DNA from: Octopus bimaculoides | Lineage: Eukaryota | Length of the DNA stretch: 36,315 bases | Direction of reading: 5' to 3' | Assembly: GCF_001194135.2 (NCBI RefSeq) | Contig: NC_069001.1 | Coordinates: forward strand, 8,040,557 to 8,076,871 | Part shown: positions 12,501 to 18,843 of the stretch, piece by piece | How the letters are laid out: the number at the start of each line of letters is the position of its first letter | Position numbering within the stretch: position 1 is the stretch's first letter | Position numbers and translations under genes: made by a program | The notes under the pieces: generated by a model | What the model was told of the DNA's origin: nothing | The model's database searches: none | What the model saw: only the letters and a program-made list of their open reading frames with translations

Positions 12501-14258
12501 AAACACTGGCAAAAAATATTGGAGTGGATTGATGCAATTTTTTTTTTTTCTCTTTTGTCACATTCAGCCAAGTCTTCTGCATTTTTAACCACCATGACCC
12601 AGTAGTGTAGCTAGGAATGGAGGCAGGCAGGAGCAAGGAGGGTAGTATATGCCAGGCAACACTTTTATGTGGGTGGCACTTTAGAGCCTACTGTATAAGC
12701 TTGGAGATGGCAAACTCAAGGGCTGCCCTATCATAGTAAAGTGGATGTTAAGATGAAGATGATGATGATCATGACTTACCTCTTTCTGTTTCCGACGTCT
12801 GCGTGCAGTTAGGTTGAGCATGAAGGACTCCACTTCTGTCTCTTCAGTGACCTGCAGAAGAAATGAGAAGAAAGACATTATTAATTAGCAGTAAGATAAG
12901 GCAGTTAGCTGGAAGAATTGTTAGCATGCCAGACAAAAACGCTTAGTGGTATTTCAGTTGTCTTTACATTCTGAGTTCAAATTCTGCCAAGGTAGACTTT
13001 GCCTCTCATCCTTTCAGGGTTGATGAAATAAGTGCCAGTTGAGCACTGGGGTCAATGTAATTGACTAGCTCCTCTCACAAAATTCCAGGACTTGTGCCTA
13101 TAGCAGAAGGGATCAATCCACAGCAAAATAAGCTGTAATTACCAAATCTGTCTTCTCAGTCCCACCCTCATAAATTTGCTGTTGCTCATCAGGCTGAGCC
13201 CCTCATATATACTAGAGGCAGCAGCTGCATGGCTGCTCAACCTGCAACAAATAACACCATACTGTCTTTATAAAAGGATCAATTATATAATGTAGTCCTA
13301 GATACACTATGTCTGAATAAAGTTGGAATGGAACACCTTAGATTATAAATCCGCAGGATTAATTACTTCAGAACTGATTTGGGGTAAGTAACAATGAAAC
13401 GTTGATAATGTAGTCTTAGATACATTATGTCTGAATGAAAGATAGGATGGTCATGGGTGGAATGCTTTTGATCATAGGTCTAAGTCAGGATTGACATGGG
13501 AGTTAAACAACAATATCAAGAAAGGACAAAAAGCTAACTTACCTGGGTGGGAGGTCTTGAAGCAACATCAGTCATCTCTAAGTCAGCTCCCTGAAAGTAT
13601 CAATAATATTAATATGCTTTTTGTTTTTGTATGTACCTGTTGTGTGTGTCACACTTCTTTGAAGTGGTAAAATGAGAGAGAGGAAGTAAGAGAGAAAGAG
13701 AGTGAAAGACATGAGTGGTGACAGCATTCATTTTGTGCTTTTAAATGTTTCAGAGAGGAAGTAAAAGAGAAAGGAAGAGAGTGAGTGAGTGAGAATATTT
13801 GGGCCTGATATGGCCTGTTTCAATGCAAAAGGGTTAATGTGCTAAAAAATTTTTTCCTGAATATGCACAGCTTGAAGTAGGGAACATCTAATACACTCAT
13901 GCATCTTTTAAGCCATCAAATACAGTATGTAGTCTAAGACATAACACTAAGAGAAGACAGGGATGGCCATGGCTGGAATGGCTTCAATTATATATCTGCT
14001 GCATCAGGATTGATCTTGTGTTAAACAACACAAATACAGTATGTAGACTATGACAAAATACAAAAAGACAGGAATGGTCATGTTTGGAATGTCTTTGATC
14101 ATAGATTTGCTAGGGTTAAACAACAAAACAACGGCCTGGATACAATGCCTACAACAACACTGTAATTTGAAAAGACTCACCATGGCAGGATTAACAATGC
14201 CACTTTCTAAATCGGTGGCATCAGAGATCAAAGCCTGGCTTTTCTTCATGGTGGGCAT
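376..14258 (-). CDS. CC2D2A: CC2D2A (coiled-coil and C2 domain-containing protein 2A, MKS6), 5' part; 17 coding exons, 771 codons, continues beyond the left window edge
   Basis: Exons in transcript order: 14258-14181, 13590-13543, 12851-12780, 11866-11509, 10568-10378, 9187-9098, 8159-8064, 6829-6506, 6256-6235, 5929-5792, 5063-4921, 4178-4056, 3288-3079, 2486-2430, 2008-1944, 848-708, 532-376. All have AG/GT boundaries and compatible phases (2313 nt, no stop). Motifs LVDEGFYVG..P.V...N.NRMEHRL, KWFGEDGEIITLPDPLK..PSRPP and YQLDIDINSIVFSQHHLFSMEHVLANKL match the CC2D2A N-terminal region as I recall it from vertebrates. Confidence 0.93.
708..848 (-). CDS. CC2D2A: CC2D2A exon (QIRNQRDHEEQ...IIQTWKNIKHLREKQQF...KLTIC)
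   Basis: ttctccag| and |gtatga, 141 nt, phase 2-2, coiled-coil region. Confidence 0.88.
1062..1400 (-). mobile_element. 5'-truncated RTE-type LINE 3' end with (GAT)n tail
   Basis: Shares GGATGCCCTTCCTAAYGCCAACC and CCATGCTRGCATGGGTTGGAC with other copies; contains three ~60-bp subrepeats. Confidence 0.7.
1944..2008 (-). CDS. CC2D2A: CC2D2A exon (DLSEEDKANYRQRLNDYKTEI)
   Basis: ttccttag| and |gtatgt, 65 nt, phase 0-2. Confidence 0.85.
2430..2486 (-). CDS. CC2D2A: CC2D2A exon (LKAVKTSTLHLQNYLQSKE)
   Basis: tatttcag| and |gtaggt, 57 nt, phase 0-0. Confidence 0.8.
3079..3288 (-). CDS. CC2D2A: CC2D2A exon (AEVREFD...YQLDIDINSIVFSQHHLFSMEHVLANKL...FLTKK)
   Basis: tttatccag| and |gtaatt, 210 nt, phase 0-0, conserved motif. 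Confidence 0.92.
3592..3822 (+). mobile_element. tRNA-derived SINE (family B)
   Basis: A-box-like TGGCAGAATC and B-box GAGTTCAAATTCC; central GCCTTTCATC..TT(C)RGGGTC box; (TTA)n tail; related copies at 12898 and 25512. Confidence 0.75.
4056..4178 (-). CDS. CC2D2A: CC2D2A exon (DKKWFGEDGEIITLPDPLKLTPSRPP...VYTK)
   Basis: gattcag| and |gtgagt, 123 nt, phase 0-0, conserved motif. Confidence 0.92.
4325..4582 (-). mobile_element. 5'-truncated RTE-type LINE 3' end
   Basis: Same motifs as 1062-1400; ends in TTGATGGGTCTTC..CTCAAG, which is also seen at the end of the RTE ORF near 29945. Confidence 0.7.
4921..5063 (-). CDS. CC2D2A: CC2D2A exon (PPAEKL...LVDEGFYVGSPPSVATSNRNRMEHRLIQGKHV)
   Basis: gttttccag| and |gtgagg, 143 nt, phase 1-0, conserved motif. 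Confidence 0.88.
5131..5290 (+). mobile_element. SINE family C, head half
   Basis: Pol III-like boxes and GTGTCTTCTACT...GCCTTGTGAGTGGATTTGGTAGACGGAAACTG, shared with the 8290-8632 and 24455-24762 copies. Confidence 0.7.
5310..5575 (+). mobile_element. RTE-clade LINE ORF C-terminal fragment
   Basis: Translates as MLHGSETWAVTAEDMRRLERNEASML..MC...LREKLGI...WYGHV, with stops. Confidence 0.85.
5792..5929 (-). CDS. CC2D2A: CC2D2A exon (TYPLLGNISEKD...EIYYYPSSSS)
   Basis: ttaccgcag| and |gtgagt, 138 nt, phase 1-1. Confidence 0.8.
6235..6256 (-). CDS. CC2D2A: CC2D2A 22-nt microexon (IDNGYYE+G)
   Basis: ctattccag| and |gtatgt; supplies the phase 0 to 1 shift required by the flanking exons. Confidence 0.75.
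6506..6829 (-). CDS. CC2D2A: CC2D2A exon (KQSEITAKQGYDFFTQTW...EEEGEDE)
   Basis: GYDFF motif; donor |gtaagt; acceptor tgtag| (an in-frame cag lies 6 nt downstream), 324 nt, phase 0-0. Confidence 0.8.
7715..8060. repeat. CA-rich degenerate minisatellite (CACACAGATGCAGA units)
   Basis: Recurrent GATGCAGA/ATGCAAA cores separated by (CA)n. Confidence 0.85.
8064..8159 (-). CDS. CC2D2A: CC2D2A exon (EKEERELERRTKEATDKLFQRWKRQKSSAVAQ)
   Basis: gtctccag| and |gtaagt, 96 nt, phase 0-0. Confidence 0.8.
8290..8632 (-). mobile_element. SINE family C, near full-length copy
   Basis: Reverse complement of the head (TTTCCATCTACC...AGTAGAAGACAC) and of the tail (CTGCGGCCATGCTGGAGCAC). Confidence 0.7.
8690..9072 (+). 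repeat. Dispersed repeat family D
   Basis: Core GTAGTCCTAGRTACACTATGTCTGAATA...TTGATCATAGG...GGGYTAAACAACAA. Plus-strand copies near 5585, 8820, 13290, 13410, 13925 and 14040; minus-strand copies near 1480-1610 and 3415-3560. Confidence 0.6.
9098..9187 (-). CDS. CC2D2A: CC2D2A exon (MAAASEVQQEEQQERMSKIRHFEPQFKSNL)
   Basis: long pyrimidine tract then ttcaag|, donor |gtaagt, 90 nt, phase 0-0. Confidence 0.75.
9477..9935. other. Assembly gap (Ns 9551-9907) inside a (TA)n tract; other gaps at 8223-8232 and about 19765-20094
   Basis: N runs. Confidence 0.98.
10378..10568 (-). CDS. CC2D2A: CC2D2A exon, poly-acidic tract followed by SRSTIRDKIKSLREKAK
   Basis: cttttcag| and |gtaagg, 191 nt, phase 1-0. 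Confidence 0.8.
11181..11382 (+). mobile_element. Non-LTR retrotransposon RT fragment, Dong/R4-like
   Basis: VKIQRGIFQGDLSSPLL and KMNHLLHMDDLKLY...DSLVQAVRIFSKEI resemble the R4/Dong GIFQGDSLSPL and HLLYMDD motifs; degraded. Confidence 0.65.
11509..11866 (-). CDS. CC2D2A: CC2D2A exon, Ser/Lys/Glu-rich
   Basis: ttcttcag| (an in-frame alternative acceptor lies 9 nt downstream) and |gtaagc, 358 nt, phase 0-1. Confidence 0.75.
12062..12412 (-). mobile_element. RTE 3' UTR internal segment with five ~60-bp tandem subrepeats
   Basis: Units GCCAGTC..GGCACTGGCAAC..CAYGCTYGAATGGTG.TTTTTACATG match 1240-1400. Confidence 0.65.
12780..12851 (-). CDS. CC2D2A: CC2D2A exon (VTEETEVESFMLNLTARRRRKQKE)
   Basis: ttctgcag| and |gtaagt, 72 nt, phase 0-0. 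Confidence 0.8.
12898..13110 (+). mobile_element. tRNA-derived SINE (family B)
   Basis: GAGTTCAAATTC B-box and GCCTCTCATCCTTTCAGGG box. Confidence 0.7.
13270..13512 (+). repeat. Family D, two tandem units
   Basis: AATGTAGTCYTAGATACAYTATGTCTGAAT at about 13289 and 13407. Confidence 0.6.
13543..13590 (-). CDS. CC2D2A: CC2D2A exon (GADLEMTDVASRPPTQ)
   Basis: ctttcag| and |gtaagt, 48 nt, phase 0-0. Confidence 0.7.
14181..14258 (-). CDS. CC2D2A: CC2D2A putative first coding exon (MPTMKKSQALISDATDLESGIVNPAM)
   Basis: ttttcag|ATG acceptor, ATG|gtgagt donor, 78 nt, phase 0-0. Confidence 0.7.
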
Positions 14259-14795
14259 CTGAAAATAATATGAAAGTGTGGAGTAAGATGAGGCACACAG
14301 GTGGAAAGAGGACAATACATTGATGGGTGAGGAGGAAACAGGAAGATGAGATAAGAGGATGATGGAGTAGAGAGAGGTATGTCTTGTTTTGTCCAACCTA
14401 CACACACACAAATATACATACGTGCGCATGCATACACACACACACAAGTATATATATACATATATCCACCCATACAAGCATGAAACACGGACATTGAATG
14501 ATTATATATATATATATATATATGATATATATATATATGTATATATAAGGGAACGTTATTATTCAAAAAAATAATATTAGTGGCCGCAAGCATAAAACCA
14601 TATAGGTAAATATATATATATAGTAATATATAATTTGGGTACTATGAAGCACCAGCTTTGCTAAAAATGGGAGTCGTAAAAAAACTCTGAAGCCACAGTA
14701 AACATCACTAAATTTTTACAGGTGGAAAAGAATTGTATCTTATCTCTGCAAGATATATATATGTATATATAATGCTAATATGCATGCATACATTA

Positions 14796-14945
14796 TAATC
14801 ATTTAATGTCTGTCTTCCATGCTGACATGGATTAGACAATTTGACAGGAGCAGGTAAGCCAGAGGGCTGTGTTGAGCTTTACTGTCAGCTTTGGCATTGT
14901 TTCGATGGCTGGATGTCCTTAATGCCAACCGCTTTACAGAGTGGA
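14796..14945 (-). mobile_element. 5'-truncated RTE 3' end
   Basis: CATTTAATGTC..TCTTCCATGCTG..ATGG...GGATGTCCTTAATGCCAACC. Confidence 0.6.
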
Positions 14946-14959
14946 CTCCTCACATATAA

Positions 14960-15410
14960 ATCGTTACTACCTAAGATACCCAATGTTGCATGGCTTTGGA
15001 ATTATGTCCAAGTCTACAGATACAGATTTAGAACCAAAATAAACTGCAAACTATACCAGTAAATTTCTCAACGGCTTGGAACCACCTGGAGTACAACTTC
15101 ACAGATTCATACTGAAGATCCACAGTTATCCACTGCAGGAATTTAGATGCTCTACATTGGTGCATCCAGTGATGTGATATTGTTTTGGACAAACACTCCT
15201 GGTAACTATATCTCTTGGTTTTCTAAAATGTCTTCAGATTTCTCTTTTAAACACCAGAGTGCAATTCTGAAAACAAAAAAAAAGTTTTTATATGTTGCAA
15301 TTATTATTTTTCGTTTTTTGTTACCATTTCGTCTTGGAATACGTACTCGGCTGTAACGTTTTCGTTACCAATATCATTTTTTCAGAAGTATATATTTTAA
15401 ATACATGTAT
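14960..15410 (+). mobile_element. Helitron Rep/helicase (PIF1-like) relic
   Basis: YTSKFLNGLEPPGVQLHRFILK...RNLD from 15052, LYVA near 15290 and TNIIFSEV near 15370 resemble the Helitron helicase motifs YPTEFLNSL.PPG.PPH.L.LK, QLYVA and TKNIVY.EV. Confidence 0.6.
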
Positions 15411-15421
15411 GACTGTACAGT

Positions 15422-15518
15422 GGAGGCGCAATGGCCCAGTGGTTAGGGCAGCGGACTCGCGGTCATGGGATCGCGGTTTCGATTCCCAGACCGGGCGTTG
15501 TGAGTGTTTATTGAGCGA
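15422..15518 (+). mobile_element. tRNA-derived SINE head, 3'-truncated and CpG-rich
   Basis: A box TGGCCCAGTGG, B box GGTTTCGATTCC; the acceptor stem does not close, so this is not a tRNA gene. Confidence 0.7.
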
Positions 15519-15851
15519 TCCCCTCCACTTCCAACCCCACAAAAATATTCAAAATTTTCGAATCCCTTTAAGTCAAGTACCATATATATATATTGTGTTT
15601 TTACAAGGTTAACTGACAGTGGAAATACAAAGCTTCAAACATTGTAGAAGTTACGTGGTTAGCTAAGTCTGTTAGTAATCCTTCAGTTTAATGTAAAATT
15701 GTTTTTGTACACACACACATATATATATATACACACACACACATGCTTGCATATATAGATATAAATACTTACAAAATACACTAGTGAAAGACTTTTTTTT
15801 TTCGAAAGTTTGGTATCCGCAAAATTCGAACCCCAAAGGTGACTTGCGTTG

Positions 15852-15970
15852 TTAGATAGATACATAGACAGACAGACAGATGGATGGATGGATCTATCGA
15901 TCGATAGATAAATAGATCGATCGATCGATAGATAGATAGATAGATTGGTAGACAAACAGATAGATAGACT
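15852..15970. repeat. (GATA)n/(GACA)n/(GATG)n compound microsatellite
   Basis: Direct reading. Confidence 0.9.
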
Positions 15971-16196
15971 TAAGAGAATGTATTGAGTAATCTAGTCGTG
16001 TTTTGTAAACCTAACCCACACGTTCTTTATATATAATGAACGTGTGCATTTGAATTTACAAGAGATAGTTAGATGATGGCCGAAATTTCGAAGTCACTGT
16101 CACAACTCTTGCGAAAATAAATGTACTCTACAAAAAGTAGTGAGTAATCCTTCAGTTTGATGTAAAATTGTTTTTGTACACATGTATATATATATA

Positions 16197-16301
16197 TATA
16201 TTATAAGGTTTTTAAACTTTTAAATTTTCATATTCAAAAGAGACAGAGTCTCTGTCTCTTTTGAATATGAAAATTTAAAAGTTTAAAAATCTTATAATAT
16301 A
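16197..16301. repeat. Near-perfect palindrome: two 52-bp arms, 1-nt loop, 1 mismatch
   Basis: 16197-16248 is the reverse complement of 16250-16301 except for 16208/16290 (G.T). Confidence 0.95.
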
Positions 16302-16404
16302 AATATAAACTGTTAGAACGACCCTTAAGGAATCTAGTTAATGATCTCCTAAGGTAAGTTCTTATGCTATATTGGTAACGGTTGCTACATCCTCTGGAAA
16401 AATC

Positions 16405-16472
<68 letters not shown>

Positions 16473-16983
16473 TGATTGCATATATAGATACAAGTGCTTA
16501 CAAAATGCATACACTCATGTAAACACAACAAAAATATGTAATATATACATGTATACTCACCTTATGACAAGGTGTGACCAAGGATGTGCGTACCTAGCAA
16601 CAACACTGATAATATGAATGAAACGGTGGGGAAACGGTGGTAGCAACAACAGCTTCGAAACTATACCTAAAAGTTATATTATCACTTGAACAAATATTGC
16701 CAGTATTCTACCAAGATGATAATGAAAAAAAAATTAGAAGTGGGTAAACGTAATTCTTAATTCTGATAAACGAAAAGTTAAAATACAATGCGAAACTTAC
16801 TTCGCATTTGTGATGTGGGAGGGAAAACGACTGATGTAAGAGATTAGTGAATTCTGGCGGGAGGGGGGAAACGAATTGTCAGGATTTTGTTTTTATTAGA
16901 GGAAAAGGAAGGGGGAGTAACTGTAGATGGTAAGACAGCTGATACGTTAATTGTACTTACTCCAGCTTAGCCCCTTTATTTAG

Positions 16984-17305
16984 CCCCTTCCACAGAAAGC
17001 GAAAGAGTAAAGGCACCAGTTTGGTCAACCAGCAAACGGGGAAAGGGACGACGATCAAGCGGTAATAGATGACGGATGCAATGTATGCATTCGCCACCTC
17101 CGCTCGACCTCTCAGCCAATTTCTGTGTGAGATTGGCCACCCTGTTCGTCGCTTCGTCCCAGTTTTTCTCCACATGGAAGTCTGGACCTAACCAGATCCC
17201 GAGAAATTTAACTGTTCAGCGCCCCACGACACTGTTGGACGGCACGGACTTGCCTCTCCAGGTACCGAGTTGCAAACTCGCGTTAATTTTTGTTCCTGTC
17301 CCCTG
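16984..17305 (-). mobile_element. Tx1/L1-like LINE RT C-terminal fragment (decayed)
   Basis: TGTKIN..LQLGTWRG...VKFLGIWLG..EKNWDE, then after a frameshift LRGRAEVANAYIASVIYYRLIVVP....LFRFLWKG, the typical L1/Tx1 post-RT pattern. Confidence 0.75.
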
Positions 17306-17440
17306 ACAGAATCGTTACAGTGTTGGATAAAAAGAAATCCGCGAAATGACACTCGCTTGCTCTACATTCTTGCCCTCTTATGTGAATGAAAGTTATGATC
17401 GTCAGCAAGGAGGGACACACATAAGAAAGAAGAAAGCAAA

Positions 17441-17485
17441 GGACCACTGATGAGGTCACAGAAGTGTGACGAAAGAACTCTGGCC
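17441..17485 (+). ncRNA. Candidate minimal type I hammerhead ribozyme motif
   Basis: GGACCA-CUGAUGA-(G)-GUCACA[GAAG]UGUGAC-GAAA-G[AA]C-UC-UGGCC: both core boxes, 6-bp stem II, 1-bp stem III, stem I with one bulge, NUH triplet CUC. Confidence 0.55.
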
Positions 17486-17549
17486 GAAATAGGATTAATG
17501 TAATGTAATATAAAGCTGAAGCAAATTAACACCAAATATACAGTGCGTG

Positions 17550-17870
17550 TGTTTTTATTGGCTAAACTGGCAATATGACCGTCTCCAAATACAACAACAA
17601 AGTTATTTAAGTTTATAATAAATTAGATATTCGCCAAGTGTTAACCAATTAATTCCTCTCTATACAGTTCCCCTCTTCCTCGGTTACCGAATGTCTTAAT
17701 CACATGACGTAAAACTGACCAATAAGAATCCAGTAATTCTATTTCCGGAAATACTTATGTTAATCCATTTTCCCCTCTCCGTATTAAAGAGCGAACACCA
17801 TTGAAGCATTATCGTCTACGCGATGGCTTTCGGTACAATTTCCGTCTACCAATTTTTCACTCTCGAGGTA
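17550..17870. promoter_or_regulatory. Putative bidirectional promoter between CC2D2A and ZNF-A
   Basis: Divergent CCAAT boxes (ATTGG 17557-17561, CCAAT 17719-17723), TCACATGACGT (E-box plus CRE half-site) 17700-17710, palindromic ETS-type ATTTCCGGAAAT 17741-17752, raised CpG density, plus-strand donor GAG|gtaaat at 17868. Confidence 0.5.
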
Positions 17871-18632
17871 AATTTAGTTTTAACACTTCATCTTTGTGCC
17901 CTCTCTTATAATAACAGCAGTTAAAAAAAAAAAAGGTACAGCTGTTGTAAATAACTAAAAAAAAAAAAAAACACCAAGGTACTTCCTACTGTAATTAATG
18001 ATGCATTTTGTACGAAATCCTCCCCGCCACCACCACCATTCAACAGTCCAGTTGCTAATTACAACGTTCCACTTTCACTTTGTCGAACTGGTTGCCAACT
18101 GACAGCAGAATTATTCTTTTAGATGCGCTCCTGTGGCTAGTTTGTTCTTTAAAGGGAATGGCTGGGTCTTTTTTGTATTCCTATATTTGTATTATATCGT
18201 TATGTATGATAGGAGGATGTAATGCATTTAGATCGTTTAGAATTGTTACTTTACTTCTGCTGAGACATGAATGGAGAGAGATTGGTTGTGTGATTTGTTG
18301 CAAGTCGAGCGACCATTATTGGAAGCTTTTTTGTTATTATCTTGCATTTCAAAATAAAATAAATTCCTATAGATAATATGTACAATACCTTAGTTATGTG
18401 TTCGAATTTCAATATACAATGTAATCTTTCTGATGGATGTTTCTTTCCTACAGTTTTTACAATGGCATAACAAACGTCTACTGTCTCTCCAATTTTACTT
18501 TGATCCACTCCATCATATCGCATGGAAAAATAATGATCTGATTTTCTTTAAAAATTTCTATTGTGTGATTATTATCCTTGATTCCTAAATGAATTCTCCA
18601 TAAATTATATTGGAAATGACAGTCTATATTTA

Positions 18633-18843
18633 CGAGGGAGTGCTAAAAAGTTCCTGGCTTTGGTTTAAAAAAATACAGGAGGATCAGTTACGATTTTATT
18701 CAACACTTTCCCGTTTTGGATACACACTCTTATTGCAGCGGTCCTTCAGTTTTTCTAAGCCCTGTAAAAGAACTCATGATGTTGGGCCTTCAACCAAACC
18801 TTTTGCGATACTGTTAAAGCCAGAAACTTTTCAGCACCCCTCA
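18633..18843. mobile_element. Mariner-type MITE (~211 bp)
   Basis: ~28-bp TIRs CGAGGGAGTGCTAAAAAGTTCCTGGCTT / AAGCCAGAAACTTTTCAGCACCCCTCA, with TA on the left and TTA on the right. Confidence 0.8.

Noticed and set aside
15422-15497. Possible tRNA gene
   Set aside because: A and B boxes are present but the acceptor stem does not close and SINE-like body sequence follows; called a SINE head
18080-18523. 90-98 aa ORFs in the putative first intron of ZNF-A
   Set aside because: No recognisable domain, splice support or coding-like composition
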